A stretch of DNA of 64,000 nt, taken from Rebecca billardiae RCC1528. Taxonomy: Eukaryota; Protista; Haptophyta. Position numbers and translations under genes: made by a program. The stretch lies in contig OZ251223.1 of assembly GCA_965240325.2 (NCBI GenBank), forward strand, positions 4,402,001 to 4,466,000, read 5' to 3'. This document shows positions 24,801 to 36,470 of the stretch, one piece after another. The notes below the pieces were generated by a model. That model saw nothing but the letters and a program-made list of their open reading frames with translations. It had not been told where the DNA came from and did not search any database. How positions within the stretch are numbered: the stretch's first letter is position 1; the number at the start of each line of letters is the position of its first letter.

Positions 24801-26276
24801 GCGGCGGCGGCGAGGGCGGCGGCGGCGAGGGCGGCGCGCCGGGCGGCGGTGTGCTGGCGCCAGGGCTGGAGCAAGGGCTGGAGTGCCGCTGGTGGGACGA
24901 GGCGCGCGCGGCGTGGGTGCCCGACGGCTGCGCGGCCGTCCCGCCGCCCGCCGCCGCCCCCGCCGCCGCGTCCGCCCGCCTCCACTGCGCGTGCTCGCAC
25001 CTCACGCAGTTTGCCGGCTTTGCCATCCCGCCCTCTGCGGCCGCGGCGCGCGAGGAGGCGGCTGCGCTCCGCCCCAACGCCCTCAGCGCGGACGACGCCC
25101 TGGGCGCGGTGCTGGCGCCCGCGCACGAGCGGGACCCTGCGCTGCACGCGCTCGTGGGCGCGCTCGCGGCCGCGAGCCTGCTCTCCGTCTGCGCCCTCGG
25201 CTGCCGAGACCGGCGGCGCGCGCGGCTGCGCGCCTCCTCCGTCGGCGCGGCGGACGGTGCCGGAGCCGCGGGCGGCGGCGGCGCGGGCGGCGCGCCCCGC
25301 CGGCCGCCGCTTGGCTCCAAGCGCCCGGCCGCCGCGCCTTCCGAGCTCGGCGACGACGTCTCGCCCGCGCTGCTCGCCGCGCTCGCCGAGCTGCACGCCG
25401 CGTGCGAGATCCAGCGGTACGTCCGCGGGCTGCTCGCGCGCAGGGCGGCCGCGGACGACGCCGCCTCGTCGGCCGCGCCGGGCGGCGGCGGCGCGGGGAG
25501 CGCGCGCGGCGGCGGAGGCGGCGGCGGCGGCGGCGGCGGCGGCAAGCACTGGCTGCGCGCGCGCTGGGCGGAGCGCGGCCTGAGCGGGCGCTCGGCGCTC
25601 GCGCTCGCGCGCGCGCTCGGCGCGCGCGCGGGCGCGGAGCACTCCCTCCTCTGGGCCCTCGCCTCGCGCCACGACGCCGACGCCGACGCGGCCGAGTGCG
25701 GCTCCGGCGCGCGGCCGCTGCGGCCGTCCGAGGCGGCGGCGATCTTCTGGGCGGCGGCCGCGCTCGGCCTCGCGCTGTCGTGCGCGCAGTACGACGACGC
25801 GGCGGAGGGCGCGCCGCCTAGCCTGGTGCGCGAGGCGCTGGCCGCGTGCAGCACCGCGCTGCTCTCCGCGCCGCTGCTGCTCGCCGCCAAGGGCCTCTTC
25901 AGCAGCGGCCGCGCGCGCGACACGCGCGCGCGCGCCGCGCCGGCCGCGTGCGCGCGCGCGCTCGACCGGCCGGGCCGAGCTCAGCTCGTCTTCAGCGCGG
26001 CGGTGGTCGCGCGCGCCGAGGTGCTGCTCGGGCGCGCGGGCAGCGGCGGCGCGGCGCGGCGCGGCGCGGAGCCGGCGCGCGCGACGCGCGTGGGCTGGGA
26101 GGCGCTGCCGCCGCGCCGAGACACGCCGCCGCCGCCGCCGCGCGCCGAGCAGCGCGCGCGCCGCAGCGGCCGCGGCGGCACCGCGCGGCGGCGCGCTGCT
26201 GAGCTGCGCGCGGCCGAGGCGGCGGCCGCGGCGGGCGCGCGCGACGCCGGGCGGCGCGCGCGCGATCGCGCCGCGC

Positions 26277-26309
<33 letters not shown>

Positions 26310-26573
26310 AGTGCGCGCGCGCCGCGCCGCTCACCGCGGCGGCGCTGGCCGCGCACACGGCGCGCGCGGACGCGGAGGGCGGCGGCGGCGCGCTCGCGCC
26401 GCCGCGGGCGGCGGCGGCGTGGACTCGCGCGCGCGTGCCGCCGCCCTCGCCGGGCGCCGCCGTGCAGCCCACCGGCGCCGCGCGCGCCGCCGCGCCGCGG
26501 CTGCCGCCCAGCCTCGCGCCGCACGCACCGTCCGCGCGCAGCCGCAGCGAGGGCGAGGGCGGCAGCGACGCGG

Positions 26574-26627
<54 letters not shown>

Positions 26628-28237
26628 GCCCGGCGCGCTCGCCGCCCTCGCCGGTGTGCCGCCCGGCGGGGCTCGGCGGCGAGGGCGCGCTCGCGCGGCT
26701 CTCGCTCGCGCGGCTGCAGCCGCCCTCGCCCTCGCCCCTCTCGCCGTGCCGCGTGCTCAACCTCCCCGCCTCGCCGCGCGACGGCGGCGGCGCGGCGCGC
26801 AGCCCAGCGGCGCGCGCGAGCGCGCTCGGCAGCGGCGCGCGCGCGGGCGGCGGCGGCAGCGCGCGCGAGAGCGGCGCCCATGGCGGCAGCCAGCCGTGCA
26901 GCCGGCCGTCGTGCCGCGGCTCGACGGGCGCCGGCTCGAGCGTCTCGCTCGCCTGGACCTCGCCGCGCGCCGCCTCGACGCCGCCCAGCTCGGCCGCCGT
27001 CAGCGCCGCCGGCCGCGCGCCGCCGCTTGAGGCGCGCGCCGGCGGCGCGGGCGGCGCGGGCGGCGCGGGCGGCGCGGCGTGGCTGCCACCGCCGCCCGCC
27101 GAGTCGGCCGGCGGCTCGATGCCCGCGTCGCCGCCCTGGCCGGCGCCGCCGCGGGCCGCCGACCGCGTCGTGCCGTGGCGCGCGCAGCCCGAGCGCGCGC
27201 GCCCCGCCGCCGCCGCCGCCGCCGCGCGCGGCCCGCGCGGCGCGGCGCCGCTGCCGCCGCGCGCGCCCGCGCCCGCGGCCACGGCCGCGGACGCTCGGCG
27301 CCGCTCGATCTCGGCGCCGCTCGGCCGGTGCGTGCCGTCGGCCAGCTCGCGCTTCGAGGCGCCGAGCGCGTCGCAGCTGCGCGCCGCGGGCATGCCGCCG
27401 TCCGCGCCGCCCTCGCCCGGCGCGCGCGCCGCGCGGCCGGCGGGGTGCGGAGGGTGCGGAGGAGCGCTCGGCGCGGCGGTGGCGGCGGCCGCGGACGGCG
27501 CGGCGCGCGGCGGCGACGACGAGGCCGCGTCCGTCGCCGCCGCCTCCGAGCTCACCGCCGCGACGCTCGCCAGCCTCCCCGCCCTCTCCGCGCCGCACGC
27601 GCACGGCCTCGACTCCGCCTCCGCCGCGCTCCTCCGCTACCGCTTCGTCCTCGCGGACCCGACGCTCTCGGGCGCGGTGCCGCGCGCGCAAGCCGAGGCG
27701 TTCCTCTCAGAGCTCGGCTTTGGCCGCGGCCTCGCGAGGCGCGCGTGCGCGGCGCTCGTCGGCGCGGACGGCGCCGTCTCGTTCGACGCGCTGTGCGGGT
27801 GGTACGCGGCGCGCGTCGACGCGGGCGCGCGCACGCACGCGGCGCGCGCCGCGCGCGCCGCGCGCTGGCGCGCGTCGGCGTGCGGCCGGCGCGCGGCGCG
27901 CGGTGCGCGGTGCTTTGGCGCGCGCACGCGCACGGCGCTGGCGTGGGCGCTGTGCGCGGGCACGCTCTTCGCGTGCTGCCTCTCCGCGCTCGCGTACGGC
28001 TACCGCTTCGGCCGCGCCAAGACGCGGCGCATGCTGCTCAGCTGGGGCCTCGCCGAGGTGCAGCGGCTCGCGCTGCTCGAGCCGGCGCTCACGCTCGGCC
28101 GCGCGGGCGCGGCGCGCGCCGCGCGGCGCACGGTGCACTTTGGCGCGTCCGTGGGCGACGCGATCAACCACGTGCTCGCGTCGGGCACCGGCCGCTGCCT
28201 GCAGGCCGTGCTCCGCGGCGCGCGCGGCGGGGCGTAG
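12866..28237 (+). CDS. Giant polycystin-1/REJ-like GPS receptor with extensin-like Ser-Pro stalk (5123 aa, single exon)
   Basis: N-terminal signal peptide, two near-identical ~175-aa globular domains and a ~2,450-aa SPn tract. Then a REJ-like region (FDASASADP, VVVNRPPHGGALAVAPAEGVAALTHF, DLPLSYAF) and GPS motif CRWWDE..W..DGC...CACSHL/TQF at ~24880-25015. Then a TM, IQ motif IQRYVRGLLARR and an EF-hand-like segment, ending in PKD1-like TMs YGYRFGRAKTRRMLLSW...LLEP. Confidence 0.85.
14171..21553 (+). repeat. ~7.4-kb coding minisatellite encoding (SPPP)n extensin-like tract; 51-nt/17-aa dominant unit in the distal half
   Basis: Unit ccgagcccgccgccgagcccgcctccttcgccgccacctgcgccgccgcca, e.g. 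at 18413 and 18464. Higher-order duplications, e.g. marker ccgaagccgccacc at 17561 and 18044. Confidence 0.97.
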
Positions 28238-28564
28238 CGCGGGCCGACGGTCCGGTCGGAGTCGGAGTCAGCTGTTCGGGCCGCGGATCGGCCCATCACG
28301 TCATGCGACATCGGCGCGCGTCCCGCGTCTGTAGTTTGTGACGGCTGCGCTGCTGCGTGCTGACGATGATCGATGCTACTGCTGATGATGCGCGCATACG
28401 CATGTCAAGGACGAGCGCAGCTGATGCGCGCGCGCTGCGCGTGGCGGTATATCGCACGCGCACTGCCGTGATGCATGCTGCGCTGATCCTCCAGACGACG
28501 CGATAAAAAGCGCATGCCGCCATGCTGAACGACAACGACAAAAAACGCGCGGCCGGGCAAAATG

Positions 28565-28637
28565 AGGTCCTACTTGGATTCGAACCAAGGTCTGGAGATT
28601 CAGAGTCTCCCGTGCTGACCAACTACACTATAAGACC
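28565..28637 (-). tRNA. trnQ-CUG: tRNA-Gln (anticodon CTG)
   Basis: Minus strand reads GGTCTTATAGTGTAGTTGGTCAGCACGGGAGACTCTGAATCTCCAGACCTTGGTTCGAATCCAAGTAGGACCT. It has an acceptor stem, anticodon stem GGAGA/TCTCC and T-loop GTTCGAATC. No encoded CCA; a TTTT Pol III terminator follows 2 nt later. Confidence 0.97.
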
Positions 28638-28981
28638 GTCACGTAGCGACGATAGGCGTGTTTTTTGGGTACTTGAACATACGCGCAGGTGATGACTCCT
28701 TGGGGTCAAACCCGGGCCGCTGTTGGGCTGCTGGTGAACAACGCCAACGGCGACGAGTCGGCGCCGCGGCCATCGGCTTAAGATGACACTGCTTGAGTGC
28801 TGTCGTATAGCTATAGCTAGTTACATGGTCGCGTAGTGATTGAGTCGTAAGTCAAATAAGCCCAGCACGACAGGCACTCGCCGCGCGCGGCGTGAAGCTA
28901 CGCCGAGCAGCAGGCTGACGCGGAGCAGCCGCCATCCGGCCCGATCCGCGCGGATCACGTGCTCAGCAGTATACGTGCTCA

Positions 28982-29490
28982 TCACGCCGGCGCCGCGCCC
29001 ACGCGCGCGAGCGCGCGCGCGCAGCCGTCGAGCCTCGCGTGCAGCTGCGCGCACGCGCTCGCGTACGACGCGCCCAGCCGCTCGGCGAGCTCCGTGCGCG
29101 CCTCCTCGGCGCAGCCCTCGATGGGCGGCTGGGCCGCGCAGGTTGGCAGCACGAGCAGCGGCAGCGGCGTCGCGGCCTCGCCCGCCGCCGCCGCCGGTCC
29201 GCACGCGGCGAGCGGCGCGAGCGCAGCGCACAGCCGCTCGGCCGCGGCGGCGGCGCGGCGCGCCGCCTCGCGCAGCGGCGCGCGGCACGCCGCGGCCAGC
29301 TCGGCATCCTCCGCCGCGGCGGCGGCGCCCCCCTTGCCCTTAGCGCCGCCTGGCCTGCACGGCGCGCGCGCGCGCACGGCCTCGTCCCACGCGTGCAGCG
29401 CCAGACTCGCAGCGGGCAGCTGCACGCGCGCCAGCTCGGACGCGTGGGCGAGCGCGTGCGCGCCCAGCAGCGCGGCCGGCTCGGCAGCGC

Positions 29491-29537
<47 letters not shown>

Positions 29538-29723
29538 GCGGCGGCGAGTGCGGCCGCCGCGGCCGCGTCGCTGGGCGCAAACATGGCGCCCACGTGCTCA
29601 GCGGCGCGCTCGACCGCCGCCGCCCAGTCGCCGAGCTGCGCGCCCAGCGCGCCCAGCGCCGCCTCCGTGGGCTCCAGCGCCGCGGCCGCCCCACCGCCGC
29701 CGCCCGCACCGCCCGCCGCCGCC

Positions 29724-29771
<48 letters not shown>

Positions 29772-31510
29772 GCCGCCTGGGCGTGCGCCGCCCGCCAGCG
29801 GCGCTCGTCGAGGAGCGAGGCAGCGGCGCGCGTGGCGCCGAGCGCGAGGAGGGCGAGATCGGCGTGCGCGAACGCCGGCGCCTCCGCCTCCGCCTCCGCG
29901 GCGACCAGCGCCTCCGCCGCCGCCTCCGCCGCCGCGCCGTCCGCGCCCATCGCGGCCAGCAGCGCGCGCGCGTGCAGCCAGCCCGCCGCGAGCGCGTGCG
30001 CGCACGCGCGGTGCACCGCGGCCGCGGCGGGCTTGCGCGCGCTCGAGTCGAAGACGGAGGTGTCGAGGTTGGAGACGAGGGCGGAGGCGGAGCGCGCGGC
30101 GGCGCGCGCGTCCGCGCCGCTCGCGCCGCCCGTGCGCTCCACTGCGCGGGGCGGCGCGCGCGCGGAGGCGGGGCGGGGCGGCGCGGCGCGGCGCGACAGG
30201 GCCGCGCGGTCGGCGGCGGTGCGCGCGGCGCGCGCGGCGGCGCGCGCGGCGCCGCGCGCGGCGCGGAGCGGTGCTTGCGCGCGCCGCGCGCGCACCAAGC
30301 CGCAGCCCGGCGAGCGCCGCCCGCGCGGCGCGCACGTCCGCGGGCGCCGCGGCCGCGTCGAGCTGCGCCACGCACAGCTCGCACCACGCGCGCCACCTCG
30401 AGCCGCGCAGCCGCGCGCGCAGCGCCCCCAGCTGCAGCGCCTGCGCGGGGCGGCCATGCTTGTACGGCAGCACCGCGCTGTCAGCCAGCTCGCGCGCGCC
30501 CTCGGCATGCAACGCGAGCGAGTCGGACGCGGCGTCGCGCGCGGCGTCGAGCTCGCCGAGCGCGAGCAGCGCGGGCAGCAGCACGTACCCGAGGCTCTCC
30601 CGCTGCAGCTTGCGCGTGCCCAGCTCCGCGCACGCCTCGGCCACGAGCGAGGCCGCGCCCAGCCGCGCGCACAGCGCCGCGCGCCACAGCTTGAGGCACG
30701 AGTTGGCGGCGGAGCGGCGGGAGGCGGCGCGCAGCAGCAGCAGCGCGCGCGCGGCCGCGCGCGCCTCGCGCGCGGCCGCGCGCGGCCGCGCCTCGCGCGG
30801 CGGCGCGCGGAGCAGCGCGGCCAGCGCGGCCAGCGGGCACGCGCCGCGCGCCCACGCCTGCGCCGCGCTCAGCGCGAGCCCGTCCGCGGGCTGCAGCGCC
30901 GTGGGCTCGAGCGCGCACCCGAGGGGCAGCGCCGCGGCGTACGCGCCGGCGAGGGCGGCGGCGCGCGCGTGCGCGAGGCTGGGCGCGCAGCCGTCGTCGA
31001 CGCCGAGCGCGGAGCGCCACTGCGCCGCCGTGATCGCGCGCTGCGCCGCGCCCACGCTCGCGCCCGCGCCGTCCGCGCCGCCGTCCGCGCCGCCGTCCGC
31101 GCCGCCGAGCGCGCGCGCGCACAGCGCGGCGCGCGCGGCGGGCGCGCGCAGCAGCGCCGCCGCTGCGCGCAGGTGCGCACGCACGTCGCTGCCGGCGCAC
31201 GGGCGCTCGGCGAAGCGCGTGTAGTACTCGCGCAGCGCGTCGGCCAGCGCGTCGCACTCCGCGCCGAGCGCGCCCGCGCCACCCTCCGCGCCGCCGCCGC
31301 CGCCCTCCGCCGAGCCGGCCGCGTCCGCCGCGGCCGCGGCCGCGCGCAGCAGCCGCAGCCGAACGTCGACGGCGCCGAGCTGCGGCGCGCGGCCGCGCGG
31401 CTGGCGCTCGGCGAGGGTGCTGAGCACGCCGAGCGCGCGCGCGGCGCGCGCGTCGAGGTCGGCCGGCGCCGCCCACGCGCCCGCGCCCTCCTCCTCGTCC
31501 GCGTCCGCGT

Positions 31511-31551
<41 letters not shown>

Positions 31552-32562
31552 GCGTCGGCAGGGCCGTCGTCCGCGGCCGCGGCCGCGGCCGCGGCGGCGC
31601 TCTCAACCGCGCGCGCGCTCGGCGGCAGGCCGAGGGCGGAGAGGTAGCGGACGAGGCCGAGCCAGTCCTCCTCGCCCGCGCCCGCCGAGAGCAGCGCCTC
31701 CTCGCGCAGCGCCACCGCCTCCTCCGCGCGCCCGAGCGCCGCGACGCTCGCCGCGCGCACGTCCGCGCGCTCGGCTGCGGAGAGGTGGCGCGCGCCCAGC
31801 GACGAGCTGGCGAGGGCGAGCGCGCGCGCCGCGCCCGGCTCGCCGCCCTGCGCGCGCGCGACGGCGAGGGCGAGGCGGAGCTCGGCGAGCGAGGCCGGCC
31901 CGCCCGCCTTGTCCATCATCGCGCCCGCGAGCTGCACCAGCTTGGCGCCCAGCGCGCCGTCCGCCGCCGCGCGCGCCTGCAGCAGCACGCTCGCCAGGGC
32001 CCACATCTGGTAGCCGCGCGCGCGCTCGGCCGAGCCCGAGGCGGCGGCGTGGCGCGCGAGCCGGACGGCGACGGCCTGCTGCTTCGCGTACTGGAACACG
32101 CGCGCGTGCGCGAAGAACAGGTGCGACGCCAGCGTCTCCGACGCCCAGCCGTCCGCGCCGACCGCGATCTCGTGGATCTCGACCACCGCCTCGAGCTGGC
32201 CCGCCGCGCGGTACAGCATGGAGAGGGCGTGCATCAGGCCCTCCTCGACGGGCGCGCGGATGCCCGCGCGCGCGGCCGCGCCGAGCGCGAGCGCCTCCTC
32301 CGCGCGCCCCGTGCGCAGCAGCGCCATACCCTTGAGCGCCTGCGCGGCGGCGGCGCGCGAGCGAGCGAGCGGCGCGCCTCGCCGTCGGCCGCGCGCCCGG
32401 CTGGTTGTGTGCGCGCGCGCGCGCGGCGGCGGCGCGGCCCACCTGGAAGATGGGCACCACGCCCTTCTTCAGCACGCCGTCGCACAGCTTGAGCGCCTGC
32501 TTGTAGTTGGCCGCGTCGAGCGCGTCGTACACCTGGTTGAGCTTCGCGTCGGAGGGCGCCAT
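28982..32562 (-). CDS. NAA25: N-terminal acetyltransferase B auxiliary subunit (NAA25/MDM20-like); exons 32562-32443, 32339-30296, 30141-28982
   Basis: N-terminus KLNQVYDALDAANYKQALKLCDGVLKK..FQ/ALKGMALLRTGRAEEAL is typical of NAA25. Also YYTRFAERPC..DVRAHL and LGTRKLQRESLGYV. Both GT-AG introns (32442-32340 and 30295-30142) restore frame. PolyQ (CAG)n near 29726-29770. Confidence 0.85.
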
Positions 32563-32729
32563 CGTGCGACGTGCTCTCACTGCAGCGCGCCGCCCTGGCC
32601 AGCGCGCCAACGCCCACCAGTCCGGACTGTGCATCCCGGCGACGGCCGGACGCGGGAACTCGCCGAGGTGGCGCTTTTTGAAGTCACACTACCTTGCGAT
32701 CGCAGGAGCTCGACGATCATTCTGCGCCC

Positions 32730-33755
32730 ATGCTCAGGCCGCGCCCGCCCGCGGCGCCGCCTGGCCGCGGTCGGTCAGGCGCCGAGCTGCGCCGGCGCAT
32801 GTATGCCACGTGGAAGCCCGCGCCGCCACACCCCGCCACCGAGCGCGCGGACGACGCGCCGCTCGTGGGCCGCCTCCGCCCCAAGAGGGCGGCGGCGGGA
32901 GCGGCGGCGTCCGCACAGCTCGCCGCGCCTTCGAGCGAGAATGCCGACCCGCAGCTCGTGGCCGCGCCCGAGGCAGCGCAGCCAGGCGTCGTGGCGCGCA
33001 AGTCGTCTCGGCTCCGCGTGCTTGCGGCCGTCTCCGACGGCCGCGCCGCCGGGCCCAACGACGCCGTGCGCCCAGCAGCCGCTGAGGCGCGCGATGTCGC
33101 GCGGGCGCAGCGCGCGCGCGCCGAGCCGCTCGCTCCGAGCGCTCCAGCCGCGGCGGCCGAGCCGCGCGTGACGCGTTCTGCTGATGCGGGCACCGGGCCG
33201 CCCGCGGAGGCGTCGGGTGCGCGTGCGGCCGCTCGTGCGCCCAGCTCGCCGCTGCGCGCGCGCGGCGGTCCTGCCGCGCAGCGGCCGCCTGCGCTTGCGC
33301 CCTCCACGCCGGCCACCGGCTCGAGGCCCGCGCCAGGGCGGAGTCTCGCCTCACCCGCCGAGGCCGCGGCGCCGGCGGTGGGCTCGGCAGGCGACTCCGC
33401 CGTGCTGGCGTTCGAGCCGCCCTCGCCCGACGACATGCGCTCGGACGGTGTGCAGCCCGCGCCGGGCGCCGCCGCCGCGTCGCCGCTCACGCCGCGAGTG
33501 GCGGCGAGGACGCCGCCATCGGCGCGGCCGCCCGTCCGGCGGCCGCTTGCGCCGCAGCCGACGCCACCGCCGCAGCCGTCGGCCGTGCGGCCCGCGTCCG
33601 GGCACCGCGCGCGCGTGCACGTCCCCGAGGGCTTGAGCGAGGACGAGGACGCGGACGCGGAGGGAGACGGCTCCGAGGAGCTCAGCCTGTCCGACGTGAG
33701 CGACGTCGAGACGCTGGCGTCGCTCGACCCGCCAAGTGGCGGCGCGGGGGCGTGA
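32730..33755 (+). CDS. Hypothetical low-complexity Ala/Pro-rich protein with acidic C-terminus
   Basis: ORF divergent from NAA25 with acidic tail SEDEDADAEGDGSEELSLSDVSDVETL. No recognisable domain. Confidence 0.4.
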   Translation: MLRPRPPAAPPGRGRSGAELRRRMYATWKPAPPHPATERADDAPLVGRLRPKRAAAGAAASAQLAAPSSENADPQLVAAPEAAQPGVVARKSSRLRVLAAVSDGRAAGPNDAVRPAAAEARDVARAQRARAEPLAPSAPAAAAEPRVTRSADAGTGPPAEASGARAAARAPSSPLRARGGPAAQRPPALAPSTPATGSRPAPGRSLASPAEAAAPAVGSAGDSAVLAFEPPSPDDMRSDGVQPAPGAAAASPLTPRVAARTPPSARPPVRRPLAPQPTPPPQPSAVRPASGHRARVHVPEGLSEDEDADAEGDGSEELSLSDVSDVETLASLDPPSGGAGA

Positions 33756-34065
33756 TGGGGCGATGGCCCGTCGGTCGATCTACTGGCTGGATCATGCCCG
33801 TCGTCAACGTCAGCGCGCCGCGCCCAGTCAAGAACTGGTCATGGACGAAAATAATATCATCAAGAAAATCGATATAAACTCAGAAATGACAGAAAATAAC
33901 AATTATACGCGTACTGTTGCCTGAGCTGTGTGCGTCTCTTATTATATTCTTAGCCACCCGTTCCACGGGGTGTTGTTCCGCCGCCAGGCGCCCCGGCTGG
34001 TGGCGGACTGGCGGAAGGATGGCGAACAGGTGGGCGCGTGGCCGACGTGCGGACCGAGATATGCG

Positions 34066-35071
34066 TGACTTGGGCGGCGCGCGCCGCGCGGGCGGGAGGG
34101 CTCGGACCCATGCGCGCCTTTGAGCGCCCGGCGACCGCGCGCGCATCGGCTTCCTCCGCCTGCAAGTCGCCCGCGCCCGCGGCGGCCGCCCGCTTCGAGG
34201 GGGTTGACTGCGCCCGAGTCTGCTCGCGGCCGAGCGCAGGGATGAGTTGAGCGCGGCGCGAGGCGGCGATCACGATCGGGCGATCGCATGCGCCCATCTG
34301 CGCCCTATTTGCCACGGCGTGACAGCTTCAGCGTGCGTATGTGACCCCACTTGTCAGGCATGTCGGGGAGCGGGCGAGCTCTGTCGGCCAGCGTGTCCGC
34401 CCGCGCCGCGTGCTCGAAGGGCTCTACGCGTCGGATGTCGCTCCGTGGCGTCTCGTGATGTCTTCGCTACGCAAGCTGGCGGGCACGGTTGGTCCGCATC
34501 CGTAGTCATGGGGACGTCCACTGATGCCGTGTGCACCACTGTGACAGAACTCAAGAAGCAACTTCTTCTCGACCAGAGTTGTCGTCAGCATTGACGCACG
34601 TTGCGAGCTGGCAGAGCAGTGGATGGCATGACCTTGGTGGCCCACGCGGGGCTGTACACGGCCATGGCCATGCACTGATGCCGGTTGTGACGTGTTTCCG
34701 CGTCGTATGGCCCTGTGCGCACGCGGCGCGGGCGGACACACTGGCCGACGGTGCTCGCCTGCTACCCGACATCCCTGACAAGTGGGGTGACATACGCACG
34801 CTGAAGCGGTCGCGCCGTGGCAGATGGGGCGCATATGGGCGCACACGATCGCCCGATCACGATCGCCGCCTCGCGCCGCGCTCGACTCATCCCTGCGCTC
34901 GGCGGCGAGCAGGCTCGGGCGCAGTCAACCCACTCGAAGCGGGCGGCGGTCGCGGCCGCGGGCGACTCGCAGGCGGAGGAAGCCGATGCGCGCGCGGTCG
35001 CCGGGCGCTCGAAGGCACGCATGGGCCCGAGCCACCTCGCCAGCGCGGCGCGCGCCGCCAACAGCAAGTCA
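34066..35071. mobile_element. Older fold-back element: diverged ~365-bp inverted arms (34066-~34430 / ~34700-35071)
   Basis: For example gcgcccggcgaccgcgcgcgcatcggcttcctccgcctg (~34124-34162) is the reverse complement of ~34970-35008. Frequent substitutions; no clear TSD. Confidence 0.8.
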
Positions 35072-35164
35072 TCGACAGCAGAGCGCGTGGAACGCCGCGA
35101 CGTCGACGTCGCCCGCCCGCCCCCGCCCCTTCTCAACGGCCGCGGCCCCGCGTGCTCCCACTGT

Positions 35165-35213
35165 GGTCCGGGAGCTCAAAAGGTGCAACTTGCACCTTTT
35201 GAGCTCCCGGACC
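35165..35213. repeat. Perfect 49-bp palindrome (24-bp stem, 1-nt loop) upstream of DXO
   Basis: ggtccgggagctcaaaaggtgcaa-c-ttgcaccttttgagctcccggacc. Confidence 0.95.
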
Positions 35214-35348
35214 GTGTCCGAACTAATCGCCTTTCTGGAACGGGTGGAAACTGTATCCGTACGCTGAACGCGGGCCGGGCGCTGACGACGCTCCGCGCTC
35301 GCCAGCGAGCCTGGACCGCGCGCAGCCAGTGGCGCGCGTCTCGGTCGC

Positions 35349-36470
35349 ATGCTCGTCGCGCAGCGCGCGGTCGAGACGGTCGAGGAGCTGAGCGCGGCGT
35401 CCTGCATCGCGTACGACGAGCCGAAGGAGATCGCGTGCTTCAGCCGCGCCGCCGACCGCTCGGTCGCGTACAACGACCGCTCGCAGCTGCGCGCGTTTGT
35501 GCGCGCGAGCGTGGGCGCGGACCTGAACAAGGGCTTCGACACGTTCGTGGACAAGGCGGCGGACGCGGGCGCGCCGCTCGGCGACGTGCTTGGCGCGCTG
35601 GCGCATAAGGGGCTGGACACCGACAGCGCGCACTTCGTCACCTACCGCAACAACCTGAACAAGCTGCTGCACGTGCCGTACAACGCGCGGGACGCGTGGG
35701 AGATTGGCGTCGAGCGGCGCGGCCGCACCGTGCACCTGCACGTGCTGCAGACGGAGGCGGAGCGCGCGCGCGAGGCGGGGCGGAGCGAGGCGGAGCGGCG
35801 CACCGCGTACTGGGGCTACGCCTTCGAGGCCGCCTCCACCGCCTCCGAGGCGGCGGGCGGCTCGGACGACGGCCCGCTCAACGCAAACGCAGAGTTCTGC
35901 TCGGTCGCGCGCACCAAGCTCGGCGGCAACCGGCTCGTGTTCGCGGCGGAGGTGGACGCGGAGCGCCGCGGCTTCGGCGAGGCGGGCGGGGGCGAGCGCG
36001 CGATGCGCCAGTACGTCGAGCTCAAGACGACCAAGCTCCTCGACGGCGAGCGCGAGCGGCACACGCTCGAGCGGCACAAGATGGCCAAGTGGTGGCTGCA
36101 GTCCTTCCTGCTCGGCGTGCGCACCGTCGTGTGCGGCTTCAGGGACGAGGGCGGCGTGCTGCGCAAGACGCAGGACTTCGAGACGAAGCAGCTGCCCAAG
36201 TTCGTCCGCGGCGCGTGGCACCCGCACGTCATGCTCAACTTCGGCGACGCCGCGCTCGGCTGGCTGTACGAGCGCGTGATCGCAGGCCCGCCCACCGGCA
36301 GGTACGTGCTGGCGTACGACCCGGCCGGGCGGCGGCTGCTGCTGCGGATAGCGCCGGCAGGCGTGCTGCCCGAGCCGACGCCGAGCGTGGGCGCGAAGCG
36401 CCCGCGTGACGACGAGGACGCCGCCGCCGAGGACGGCCAGGCGCGCGCCGGCGCGCCGGCCGCGGACTGA
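35349..36470 (+). CDS. DXO: Decapping/5'-3' exoribonuclease DXO/Rai1/Dom3Z family
   Basis: Conserved motifs EPKEIACFS, FVTYRNNLNKL, YWGYAFE, EFCSVARTKLG..LVFAAEVDA, YVELKT and KWWLQSFLLGV..VVCGFRD. Confidence 0.93.
   Translation: MLVAQRAVETVEELSAASCIAYDEPKEIACFSRAADRSVAYNDRSQLRAFVRASVGADLNKGFDTFVDKAADAGAPLGDVLGALAHKGLDTDSAHFVTYRNNLNKLLHVPYNARDAWEIGVERRGRTVHLHVLQTEAERAREAGRSEAERRTAYWGYAFEAASTASEAAGGSDDGPLNANAEFCSVARTKLGGNRLVFAAEVDAERRGFGEAGGGERAMRQYVELKTTKLLDGERERHTLERHKMAKWWLQSFLLGVRTVVCGFRDEGGVLRKTQDFETKQLPKFVRGAWHPHVMLNFGDAALGWLYERVIAGPPTGRYVLAYDPAGRRLLLRIAPAGVLPEPTPSVGAKRPRDDEDAAAEDGQARAGAPAAD

Noticed and set aside
28565-29770. tRNA-Gln(CTG) next to a CAG-encoded polyQ in NAA25
   Set aside because: tRNAs act in trans, so adjacency is most likely chance.
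21242-32492. Long Arg/Ala-rich ORFs antisense to the PKD1-like and NAA25 genes (2149 aa, 1177 aa)
   Set aside because: Stop-codon scarcity at very high GC; no domains, and the real genes are on the other strand.
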